This document shows, one piece after another, positions 51,831 through 64,000 of a DNA stretch of 64,000 nt (within the stretch, counting starts at the first letter, position 1; each line of letters begins with the position of its first letter). The notes under the pieces are model-generated. The model was not told the origin of the DNA, ran no database searches, and saw only the letters and a list, made by a program, of their open reading frames with translations. This stretch comes from Octopus sinensis (taxonomy: Eukaryota), in NCBI RefSeq assembly GCF_006345805.1, contig NC_043009.1:43958001-44022000 (forward strand), in the 5' to 3' direction. The position numbers were made by a program, and so were the translations under genes.

Positions 51831-52589
51831 TCATATACAAATATTGAAGTTGACTACTGTATCAGTGTAGCCATTACTTCAAATTTTGCCTCGATCACGT
51901 ATACCATAAATAGCATTTCGAAAAATGTTTTTGAAAAATTGTTAACGTTCAGTGTCACAAAAAAACGTGTACTTGTGAACGTTTTATAGAGATGATTATT
52001 TCCTATAGATTAATTGAGTTTTATTTCGACTTTATAATTCACGAGGCAAAATTTATTGTCTTGTTAGCATTTAGAAATTAATTCTGGTCTTTTGTCTAAA
52101 GAATCGATTTATTGGGTTATAATGTGATATGTCATTGCAGTGCAGTGATTGCTTTGTTATACACTCCAAGAAATGGTTCGCACATCGGATGTTCAGTTTC
52201 CATGCATGTAGCGTTTCCCTGCTGAGTTATAACTAAAACGCTGACAGACCAATGTGACACGTGACTGCTATGTCTACGCATTTGTAATGTATTAAAAATT
52301 AACATGTGCAAATATGCACGTATCTCCTTAGACACCCACTCATTATTTCACTGACTGACTCACGCACGCATGCACTCACTCCTCCCTCCCTCCCTCACTC
52401 ACTCACTCACTCGCTCGCTTATTTTAAGTACTTATTTTTTTAAAGTATGATACTTATTGCATCAAATCTCTTTAACCGAACAACTAAGTTACGGCACGTA
52501 AACAAACCAGCACCGACACCACTGAACTGAGGTAGAGGTGAGAGTGGGGTAGGAGGAGGTAAACACAAAGACACATACATATACATACG

Positions 52590-53104
52590 AGGGGTGTATG
52601 AAAAGTTTTGAGCTTCAAGGACTTCGAGCCTTGAAGTCTTGTATCCTCACGAAAAAAAATTAATGTGTGAGCCAAAACGTAGACCATGAGTAAGATGGTT
52701 GCTTCTGATAGGACCCTATGGTGGAGGTACCTTAAGATTCTGTCCCCAATGACCATCTCCAGTATAACAGGTGGCAAAAATGAATGGAAGAACCAATGGT
52801 TAATTACCTGAAATAATAGCGTGATTACTTCTTTACAAGGCCTAAATATTTTTAAGGGAGTGATCTAGTTAATTATATCAATCTCAGTGCTTGATTAGTA
52901 TGTATTTTTATTGATTCTGAAATGACGAAAGGCAAAGTCGACCTCAATGAAATTTGAACTCAAAACGTAAAGAGCTGTAAGAAATGTCACAATGATTCTG
53001 CCAGTTCATTGCCTTTACACTTACAAAAGACTTGTACCTTCATCAGAAGTCTTGTACCATGTTTTGTTTTCTTTTGAGGCTCAAGACTTTTCATACACCC
53101 CTCG
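52590..53104. mobile_element. mariner-type MITE containing a SINE fragment
   Basis: TA|CGAGGGGTGTATGAAAAGT ... ACTTTTCATACACCCCTCG|TA. Confidence 0.85.
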
Positions 53105-53570
53105 TATATATATTTCTTTACTACCCACAAGGGCTAAACACAGAGGGGACAAACAAGGACAGACAAAGGGATTAAGTCGATTACATCGACCCCAGTATGC
53201 AACTGGTACTTAATTTATCGACCCCGAAAGATTGAAAGGCAAAGTCGACCTCGACGGAATTTGAGTATATAACAGGCTTTTCTGTATTAATCAAATCCAC
53301 TCACATGGAATTGGTCGGCCCGGAGCTAAAGTAGGAGATACTTTGCCAAGGCACTGAAGCTGAAACCACGTGATTGTAAAATGAGATTCTTAACCGTGCT
53401 CCAACATAAAGCAAAATTCTAAAGTAAAAATAAGCAGAAAGAAATAATTAAGGAAAGAAACAAGGAGAAGAAATGAAAGAAGAAATGAGAGATAACAAAA
53501 GAAAATTGTGTGGCCATTAGGAAGGGGAGTGGGGGAAGTACAATTGACGGAGTTTGTTTTTGTAAAGCAG

Positions 53571-53606
53571 GGAATAATATTACATGGAAGTGGGAGGCAG
53601 AGGGAG
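53571..53606 (+). CDS. Candidate 36-nt symmetric exon (NNITWKWEAEG or GIILHGSGRQRE)
   Basis: tttgtttttgtaaagcag| ... GAG|gtaagt consensus donor. Confidence 0.35.
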
Positions 53607-53720
53607 GTAAGTGTTCGCTGTAACAACAGTAGGAGGTGTTGCTGTCATCACGTTATTGGAGGTGGGTCAACTGTTATCAACGACTTACCTGACATTAACT
53701 CCATTACATTTACCACCTGT

Positions 53721-53759
<39 letters not shown>

Positions 53760-54056
53760 TGCGTTTTTGCGTAGGTGATTGTGTATGGTGATAAGTGAAT
53801 TATCTCTAGTGACCTGTTGACACTTCTTTCATCTTAAAAGAAATCTCATGTCCGTGTTGCTTCCTTATTATACGTGTGTGTATGAGTGTGTGTGCGTGTG
53901 TGAGTGCGTGTGTATGAGTGTGTATACAGGTATATGTATGTTAATGTATATATATATATATATATAGGGAGAGAGAGAGGGGGAGAGAAAGTGTATGTAT
54001 ATGTGTGTAATATATATTCAGTAAACAATGATAATAATAATAATAATAATAATAAT

Positions 54057-54114
<58 letters not shown>

Positions 54115-54116
<2 letters not shown>

Positions 54117-54810
54117 TTATTCTTTTATTAGCCACAATGGCTCACTTAGAATAACATTAAAGACATGCGACTACATAAAAGACAAAAAAAGGACGATACA
54201 ATGGGGTTTCCGCGTGTACACAATATAATGATAAAAATTGAACAAATTAAAACTCCCAATAGGGGAGGCGCTTTAAGGTCCTCGTGGAAAAACTCACAAA
54301 AGCCACGGGTGCCTGAACAACAGGTCAAGAGCCCTTCTCCTTTGATTCCCTTTTTACAGATGCACGTTCAGAATTGGTCCTTTCACACTGGCCATTCTTC
54401 CAATATTCACCCACCTTTCAACAAACTTGCTAGAAGGTAACACTTCCCTCTCCACCCTCAACTTCCTTTTCAAGTGGAACTTGAAAAATTTGGTGAGGGC
54501 TTGGTCAAAGAGGAAAGTGCCTCTCTTTAACCCTTTCAAGCGGGTCCACCCATACTACCTCTTTCGCTACAGCCACTAGACACATAAAAATTGCCTGCCC
54601 CTCCTGGCCAAATGGGGGCGGCGGGGCAATCTTCACAATTGATTCAGCTGGTATTCGGATCCGTCCTACACGCGACAGCAGGTGTTTGACATCAACCCAC
54701 AGGTCAGCAATACTCGGGCACTGGACTAGGGCGTGCAGAACGGTTTCATCGTTCTGGGCGCACCTCAGGCAGGCCCGGCTTAAGGCACTTCCGTGCCTGT
54801 AAAGTTTATC
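54115..54810 (-). mobile_element. 3' end of an L1/Tx1-like LINE
   Basis: Minus PACLRCAQNDETVLHALVQCP zinc-knuckle, then AKEVVWWTRLKGL...FFKFHLKRKLRVER; ends in an A/T-rich tail. Confidence 0.8.
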
Positions 54811-54844
54811 CTATACACATACACGCGTCCGTGCACACAGATAG

Positions 54845-54916
<72 letters not shown>

Positions 54917-56277
54917 GTATACACGTATATAGATTGCCTGACTGCAGTTTCGATCCTTGTTGGAATTCTCTTCAGTTATTCTGACAGTCGCCTTTGTTCA
55001 TACACATATAACTCAATGTTATTGATATAGGTTTTAATAATAAGGACTTCAATGAATCGCTAACCTTAATTTGCATAAATAACACCTAGCGTATTCTATA
55101 TTATCACCACACAACATTACATCAGAATCCACACAACACATACAAAACATAACCCAGTGAGGCGACACTGAATTCAGTATGAGGACACACGTCCTTCTAC
55201 AAAGAGTGGCTAACTCTTCCTTAAATGTCAGCCTGCCTTATATCCACAGCACTCATATTCGCCGTTCAAGAATTTGGACCTGGCGATCTCCATTTCCAGC
55301 GACTTCGAGGGCCACCTCCCAGAGGTGTCGGGCGTCAACGAAGAGCCCGCGACTACAACAAGACGACCAAAGTTTTTTTCTTTCCAAGGTGGGGGTCTCC
55401 CGCCCCTAAGCCCTAGACCATCACCTAATCACCCTTACCCGTCTTGTTGCTTAACAACAACAACAGCACTCATATTCGGAGTAAACATAGCAGCGTTTCG
55501 CAAAGACGTAGATTTGGATTCAATTTTACCCCCGAGAACCTTGAGCCAGTGTCTTCTACCATGGCTTCAGGTCAACCAAAACCTTGTGAGTAAAATTCGG
55601 TGGAGAGAAAACTGTGCGGAATCCAGTCGGAGAGACTTGTTGTTTAGTCTCCAGTAAACCTCGGTCAAGACGATATACGGTCAAAGATACTGCAGTCATG
55701 ACCATCACGACTAGATTACTTAAAATGCCATTTTCTTATTTAAGAAGTTAGGGAAGATTTGGTTATCTCTAGCAGCCTGAACGACGACTTAGATGATTTG
55801 TATATAAATGCAAAACCACTTTGGAATTTGCCGCATTTGTAAGGAATTCTTTAATAACCTATTTGAAGAATTCTTATTCAAGATGACTTTAGTTTTCAAA
55901 CTCTTTTCCGAGTGTTCCATTATGCCGAAATCTCATCTGTCAATGCTGGATAGTAAAACCAGGAAGTCCTATAAATTTTTTGAGTGACAGCCTTACCTTA
56001 GAACATTTAATAGATGGATTGGTCGTAGGCTAAAATATTTTGCTTTTGAAATACCGGATCGCTGCTTTCGTAGTTGCTTGGTTTTGAAATAATGTCACAT
56101 TAAATTAATATTCATACTTGAAACAGCCTTAAAATACAGGTGTGAGCACACACTCATAATGTGTATACAAATGTGGAATGACACCAGCTATAGTATTTTG
56201 CTCTAGGAAACTTCTCTTGGGAGACTGGTGTTAATAAAATTAAAAAAAGAACGAGTTCGCTCAGAATATCGGTGGAT

Positions 56278-56320
56278 TACCAGACATGTTGTTTTCACTT
56301 GATTTGGTCTCTTCAGTGAT
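56278..56320 (-). ncRNA. Degenerate hammerhead-like motif
   Basis: Minus ATCA-CTGAAGA-GAC..AAGT-GAAA-acaa-CATG-TC-TGGT. Confidence 0.35.
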
Positions 56321-57302
56321 GGATACATCGCACGTTCTGAGTTAGGCGGAAAATGTTCCTATATAGAAATCAGCAAACAAAACATTTCTAGTCTGTGCGA
56401 AAGCTAACCGGGCTAGAATTAAATTTATATATGCACTTGAAACAACCTTAGATTAAAATTTACAACTTCGTGCATATCAAAAACGAGACACTATAAAGAG
56501 CGACATGTAACCAAAGATGGAGCTTAGTAGTGGATTCTTCACTCCATTCCAGTATTCTGTCTAATACGGCGCGAGGCATCAGCTTCAGGATAGGCTACTG
56601 TGCGGAAAACAAGCCAAACAAAAGAAAAAATTATCAAGTATAAAACAGCTCTGGTATTCAATGTTTTATGGGACATAGAAGCGTTCCGTCAAAATGCTGT
56701 AATAGTTACGCATCAGATGTAAAAACTCTATGCATTCTTTCCCTTTACCTAATCAGTGTTGCGCAATGAATATTGGTGGAATATTGAAACGCGTGTTTCT
56801 CCTATGAAACATTAACGCATTGGATGTCATTGCTGTTTTCTGCTAAAATTATTTCTATTTGAACTATGTGCATATACTTATAATATGTATACACAACACC
56901 GGTATTTAAATTCGAGTGTTCGTCCACATTTGTATATACATTGCCATATCCGGCTAAAATGTTCTACCTGTTTTAGGTTCAAATTGAACCAACCCTACAA
57001 GATCATTCAAAAAATTAATCGTTGCCTCATCCAAATCTCAAGGCTACGAAATAAGGATTGATTGATTCAAAACAATGTGAATAAATATGCATTACTTTTG
57101 ATAGAGTAATGTGAATGCTAAAGAATTAAACAGCACATCTTAGCCGTGAATGATGGAGGATAATAACCCATTATGGCGAGTGTGCCAGTATTTTGTATAT
57201 TTATGAGAGGAAATTCAAAGAAATGTGTAACCTGGTTACCACCTCACTTCGTTAAGAAACCAGTTATCAGTTACACTTTTGGGATAATATTATAACTGTG
57301 CA

Positions 57303-57625
57303 TCAAATTCCGCCGAGATCGACTTTGCTTTTCATCCTTTCGGGGTCGATTAAATAAGTACCAGTTACGCACTGCGGTAGATATAATCGACTTAATCCGT
57401 TTGTCTGTCCTTGTTTGTCCTCTCTGTGTTTAGCTTCTTGTGGGTAGTAAAGAAATAGCTATTTCGTCTGCCGTTACGTTCTGAGTTCAAATTCCGCCGA
57501 GCTCGACTTTGCCTTTCATCCTTTCGGGATTAATTAAACAAGTACCAGTTACGTACTGGGGTAGATGTTATCGATATACCTCCTCCCCGCAAATTTCAGG
57601 CCTTGTACCTGTAATAGAAAGGATT
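57303..57625 (+). mobile_element. Two tandem SINE family A fragments
   Basis: Two AAATTCCGCCGAG..CGACTTTGC.TTTCATCCTTTCGGG blocks. Confidence 0.85.
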
Positions 57626-58949
57626 ATTATAACTGTGCATTATTTTATTTGGTTGGCCCGGATCTATAGTAGCAGACACTTGCCCAAGGTGCCCTGCAAT
57701 GAGACTGAACCTAGAACCGTGTGGTTTGGAAACAAACTTCTTACCCTACAGCTACACCGACGCCTGGTGTATAAAATGAAGATGACGATGATGACACATA
57801 TTGATAACGACTATGAAAGTATAAAATCAATATTATTAACGATCAATTATCGTCATCGATATCAATAACATCATCATTGCTTCTACATCTCGTCACATCC
57901 CACACACCACCAATCACCCCACAGTGACTCCCTGACCACAGCCAAAACTACCAACAACACTATTGCATTAGTATGTTGCAATTATTCGGAAATTCAAATG
58001 ATGTTTGTGTGTGTGTGTGTATATATATATGTCCATCTGTCTGTGTGTATATATATATGACTGTATTTATGATAATATATATATATGTGTGTTTACACAC
58101 ATACACACACACATATCTATCTATCTATCTTTCTACATGAAAGAAACTTGAAAGAGATATAGAGAATGTGAAGGCCAATGTATGTGTGTGTATGTGTATG
58201 TGCGTATATGTGTGTCTGTACGTGTGTATATTTGTGTATGTCTGTGTATAAAAGTATATACGTTTATGTGTATTAACCGTATATATGTACATGTGTGTAT
58301 GCCTTAAATATATGTAATTTCTCATTTTAAAACAAAAATCTTTTGTTTTTATTCCCCACTTTTTTTTGTGTCACTTTTTTCCTATTTTAAAAACAAAATC
58401 TTCCAGAATATATTTTTCTGGTTTTGAAGAGAATTGAAGAAATCAAAGAGACAATTATGAAGTCAAACTGTTTTTATTTGTTGCTGTTTATTTATTCATT
58501 TTTGTAGAATTTTTATAAAAAAAATTATCTTTTGAATAATATTTCATTCTCACCCCTACCACCGTCCAAACCTCCCGCATTCTCTTCTTCTCTCTGTCTG
58601 TCTGTCTCTCTGTGTTTCTATTCCTCTCCCTGTCTCTCTTTCTCTAACTGACTCTCTTTCACTTCCTCCTTCAGTTTATATTACTTTGTGTGACTCTCCC
58701 TCTTCCCCACTTCCATTTACATTTTTACTTTTTCAAGAGTTTATCTATTATAATGCAACGGGATTTCGTTTCGTTTCGTTCATTTTTGTTTTTGCTTTTG
58801 CATTTTAAATGAACAACAGTAATTTGTTTGATGGCAGATAATTGTTGTTCGAATAAAAACAACAACAACAACAAAGAAATAATAATAAGAAGAAAAATTT
58901 AAGAATAAGAATAATAAGACGAAAGTCACATACATACGAAAAAGAGCTA

Positions 58950-59420
58950 AGTGGACATATCAGTATTATAGTGATGGTCATGGCAAGTCATGTTGATGAT
59001 GATGATGATGATGATAACGATGATGATGATAATGATGATGATAACGACGACGATGATGATGATGATGATAACGACGACGACGATGATGATGATGATGATG
59101 ATGATAACCACGACAACGACGACGACGATGATGATGATGATAATGATGATGGTGATGATGATGACACTTCCCCCGCCGCCGATGTTATTGGTAGTGATGA
59201 TGATGATGGCAATAATGCGGACAATGACGACAATGATGACGACGACGATGATGATGATGATAACGACACTCTTGCTTTTATTGTTGTTGCGGTTGCTATT
59301 TTTGTTGTTCATGTTGTTAGTATTGTTGTTATTACAACGCCGACGACAATGATGGCGACCATGATGGCGACCATGATCAAGATCATGGTGCTGATGATGA
59401 TGATGATGATGATTGGTCGT
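58950..59420. repeat. (GAT/GAC)n low-complexity tract
   Basis: Direct reading. Confidence 0.9.
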
Positions 59421-59623
59421 TCAAAAAGTAATAACAAAGATTTTTAACAATTCTGACAGAAAAAAAATATTATAAATAAAAATTCATGGTATTCGTTGTT
59501 GCTGCTGTTGACTTCCTTTTGTGCAGATAATACAAACGATAACACCAATAATAATGTATAAACACACTCACCTATATATATATACATACATACATACATG
59601 TGTGTGTGTGCGTGTATGTGCGC

Positions 59624-59665
<42 letters not shown>

Positions 59666-59719
59666 GCACATATATATAAAAATATATTTATACACTCATA
59701 CACATATAAAATACATAAC

Positions 59720-59760
<41 letters not shown>

Positions 59761-59766
59761 CATATA

Positions 59767-59809
<43 letters not shown>

Positions 59810-60346
59810 GTATATATGTATATATGTATATATATATATACATATATATATATGTAATATATGTATGTGTGCCTGAATGTGTATGTGTGTGAGTGTGTGT
59901 CTGTGTGTGAAAAATACAAACTTTGTCTTGTGTTGTCTTCTAATAAAAAAAAAACAACACATTTTCCCATATATATAATAGTAATTTTATATGCATAAAC
60001 CATATTTAAAATGTCAGATAAGTGGTGAACGTGAAACAAACAAACGCACATAATTTAACAAACAACAAAATGCTTCATTATTCTAAAATTAAATGAAATG
60101 GAATAAATATAATATAAACGGCTGTAAGTTTAAATATGACCTGATGAACAGGAGAGATATATAAATACCGATAGAATGATATACACAACTTATTATGTAA
60201 AATAGGCAAATAAAGCCCATGCCAGTAACTCTTGTGTTAGCATTCATTCGTGCATCAGACTCAATGAGAAAGTGCTTGTACGTTCATACATATACATACG
60301 AACATTATATATATATATATATATAATATATATATATATCAATGAG

Positions 60347-60417
<71 letters not shown>

Positions 60418-60620
60418 TATATTAAGTTAGACATAACACATGTGACAGATAAATGTTATATATTTAATACATGATATATATAATAAGTACGTGTATTTGG
60501 GTGTGATTACAAGTGATCTTAAGTGATCGAGATGAGTTTCGAGCAATCTCCTCTATGATTATATGCATATACATAAGTACACAAACACACACACACACAC
60601 ACACACATTATATATATATA

Positions 60621-61136
60621 CTAGCAGTATCGCCCGGCGTTGCTCGGGTTTGTAAGGGAAATAACTATATAAGCATTTTTAGAGAGTTACTTCCTTTATA
60701 GATGCCAATTCGGGCTTTCTTAGCCATTTCTGTTTTGGTGTTTTCAAGCCATGAAGTCGTTGTTCTAAAAGAACGCTGGTCTCCTTGACAACGCATTACG
60801 ACGTTGATTTCCTTACACTCCCTTCCCTACAGCTTCACGAGGGAGGGAAGAAGGGGAGAAGCAAACACAGGTGCAGGTGTTTGAGCGTGGACGCCAACTC
60901 CGCCGCCATCGACACACGAAAAATTATGCATTAAAATGGAATAAAAAATGATGTTAAATTATTTTTAAAATCGTAGACTCATCGTAGACGCGCGCTAATA
61001 GCCAGACGGGCTCGATATTAATCACGACTATAAGATACCCGAATTTGGTTAAACTGCACCGCAAAATGTGGGAGGAGTTAGGAATCTAAATCGTAGGAGA
61101 CAGACACTCACACAACTACAGTTTTATATATATAGA
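60621..61136 (-). mobile_element. Non-autonomous Helitron, longer variant
   Basis: Same TC...CTAG termini as 23262-23661, plus ~220 bp of extra internal sequence (~60700-60915). Confidence 0.85.
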
Positions 61137-61210
61137 TATGGGCGAATATCTAAATTCATATAGCTTCACGAATACAGACATGGCCGAATAGTTAAGAAGT
61201 TAGCTTTGTA

Positions 61211-61740
61211 CGAGGGTGAGTCAAAAAGTAACGCCATTTTGTTTAGGACAGGTATAATTACCAACACAGGAATATGTATCATGCATCAAAATGAAGCTGG
61301 TCCTTTGTGGATTACATCCCTACTTCTCAACATAGTCACCGTTTCTCCCAATAGCAATGTTCCACCTTCGAATGAGAGCATGTATCCCTGCCCCGTAAAA
61401 TTCTGTTGGCTGTTCTTTGAGCCACTTCTTCACTACTTCCACACTCACCAGATTTAGCGCCTTCAGACTATCATCTCTTCGGCGCCACGAAAGAGGGTTT
61501 GAGAGCAAATATTATTCCAGTGACGAACCCAATTCTCACTGCAAAATAAGTCTTTTCGCACGACCACAGGCAGGCAAATATCCAGATCAGAGTGGAGACT
61601 GTTGCTCAACAAAAATTATTAAATACAGAGCAGCAAACTCCACTAAGCGCCCCCCCCCCCCATAAAACAAACGTCTACCTATAGTCGAGCTTCAAACGCT
61701 CAATATTTCACGTCGAAAGACGTGACTTTCATGCAGCACG
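61211..61740 (-). mobile_element. mariner remnant
   Basis: TA|CGAGGGTGAGTCAAAAAG TIR; minus EVVKKWLKEQPTEFYGAGIHALIRRWNIAIGRNGDYVEK*. Confidence 0.8.
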
Positions 61741-61789
61741 AACTCTTCAGCTGTAAGGTAAGCAAGCTACTTACCACTCAGCCCCTCCT

Positions 61790-62135
61790 GCGTCTATGTA
61801 TGTATGTATGTATGTATGTATGTATGTATGTATGTATGAATGTATGTATGCATGTATGTATGTATGTATGAATGTATGTATGTATGTATGTATGTATGTA
61901 TGAATGTATGTATGTATGTATGAATGTATGCATGCATGTATGTATGTATGTATGTATGTATGAATGTATGTATGTATGTATGTATGTATGCATGTATGAA
62001 GTATGTATGTATGTATGAATGTATGTATGTATGTATGTATGTATGTATGTATGTATGTATGAATGTTGTATGTATGTAATGTATGTATGTATGTATGAAT
62101 GTATGTATGTATGTGAATGTATGTATGTATGTATG
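61790..62135. repeat. (TATG)n microsatellite
   Basis: Direct reading. Confidence 0.95.
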
Positions 62136-62989
62136 TTATATATATTTATATATATATATATTATATATATATATATTATATATATATTATATTATATATA
62201 TATAGTATATATATATATATTATATAATACCAAAATGTTTGGGCCGCGCAGATAGTCCACACTTCACTCCTTTACGTGACACTAATTAATCAAAAAGTAT
62301 CCAGATACACTAGTGTGCAGAATAAAAGCCACATATATTAATAATCAACACAGAAAACATAATTGGTAATTTAGGGCTTAATGTAATAAGCACGTGTTTA
62401 AGTAAGTGGATTGCTATTGTTACATACACCGGTTGGCAATATTACGCAATACCATCCACTTACTTCATCGGTATTATCAAGAAAATTAACCACCAAAGAA
62501 ATATGCATGCTTCATCATTCCTACCTCACATACGAGCACACTTGATTCCGCTACGTCAACTATTTGGAGCATGATTTGCATATTGGGGTATATGAAGGTA
62601 TGCATATTTCCACACATTGTCATTTTTGTTGATATGTTCTGGGGAGGGGAGTGCATTGTATTACGTAATATGGTCTGGCGGCTTATGTAATAAGGAAAAT
62701 TCATTTGCTGGAACACGTGCACGTTAAATAAGGTATTAAATACCAATATCGTTTTCCAAATTTTTATTAACCACACACAGACACACACTCATAAACTCAC
62801 ATGCATACTCACACACATGCGTACACAACATGTGTATAATAATAATAATCAACACTCACACACACGCGCGTGCGGACTCATACACACATACGTATATATA
62901 CTACCAATGCACCAGTGAACTGCACGCAAGTAAGCATATCACGGTGCCATATACCAAACTTTGGCTAATTGAATATTAGAATTGCACGG

Positions 62990-63140
62990 AGAAAGGGTGT
63001 ACACAAGCACTAGGGTGACCCGGATTTCAGTTGCGTAGACTTGAGCAAGGTGAAATGGAAGGATACAACGCGTAGCAATATCTTGGAATCGAACCCACGA
63101 CGTTGTGATCGCGAGACGAACACCTCTAAACGTCAGGAGA
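62990..63140 (-). mobile_element. tRNA-derived SINE, family C
   Basis: Minus GTTCGTCTCGCGATCACAACGTCGTGGGTTCGATTCC (B box). Confidence 0.55.
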
Positions 63141-63236
63141 CACACCTTCATGCACACAAGCGCACATACGAACACCACACACATATGTATGTATCTAAAA
63201 CACACGCGTACGTACACACAGTATATATTATGCATG

Positions 63237-63294
<58 letters not shown>

Positions 63295-63624
63295 GTGTGT
63301 GCACACATGGATTTATAAAGTGGACAGATACACATACTTACATACATACATGCATACATACATACATACACACATACATACATACATGCATACATACATA
63401 CATACATACATATACTTATATATATATATTTATATATACACGCACGCACAGATACACAAAGGCACATACATTCAGACACACAGACACACAAACATCACCA
63501 CATACACTCACACGCACACACGAAAACATACTAAAAATAAAAACAATATGCAATTGAGTGCAGTCGTTTTCCTTTCTCTCGTAATATTTTATTAAGTTCA
63601 CATCGTTTAGGTCAGCAGTTTGCA

Positions 63625-63760
63625 GCAGTTAAATCGTTACTTTATCGACCCCCAAAAGGATGAAAGGCAAAGTCGACCTCGCTAGAATTTAAAGTCAGCA
63701 CGGAGCATTTCGTCCAGCGAGCTAACGATTCTGCCAGCCCGCTGCCTTATATGATGGATG

Positions 63761-63795
<35 letters not shown>

Positions 63796-64000
63796 TAATG
63801 ATAATAATAATAATAAAGACACAAGGCCTGAAATTTGTGGGGAGGCGACTAATCGATGACATCGACCCTGTGTTTCACTGATACTTAATTTATCGACTCC
63901 GAAAGGATGAAAGGCAAAGTTGACCTCGGCGCAATTTGAACTCAGAACGTAGCGACAGACGAAAAACTACTAAGCATTCCGCTCGGCGTGCTAACGATTC
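63625..64000 (-). mobile_element. Two SINE family A copies separated by (AAT)n
   Basis: GAAAGGCAAAGT.GACCTCG blocks at ~63660 and ~63910. Confidence 0.85.

Noticed and set aside
56500-56597. Strong minus-strand acceptor at 56598
   Set aside because: No convincing donor or polyA signal, frame ambiguous, and no partner exons found.

Overview
AT-rich, microsatellite-saturated eukaryotic genomic DNA, most likely from an octopus. This rests on recognising tRNA-derived SINE families; no database check was possible. No long intact ORF is present, and almost all ORF-track entries are artefacts of simple repeats. The window is mostly decayed mobile DNA: SINEs, an RTE LINE with a 78-bp target duplication, CR1/L2-like and L1/Tx1-like LINEs, Penelope-like remnants, nested Tc1/mariner elements, MITEs and non-autonomous Helitrons. 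Small splice-supported candidate exons and a possible head-to-head promoter (about 37.7-38.2 kb) suggest the window is largely intronic, but I cannot name a host gene. Two things stand out. (1) A homogeneous 63%-GC 70-bp satellite of about 37 copies, in which each unit is a 54-nt imperfect hairpin. It starts inside a Helitron-like 5' end and is followed by about 175 GGCTT units. (2) Eight hammerhead-ribozyme-like motifs, three with intact cores and palindromic stem III. Two of the intact ones lie in the arms of a ~2-kb near-perfect palindrome inserted in a LINE.
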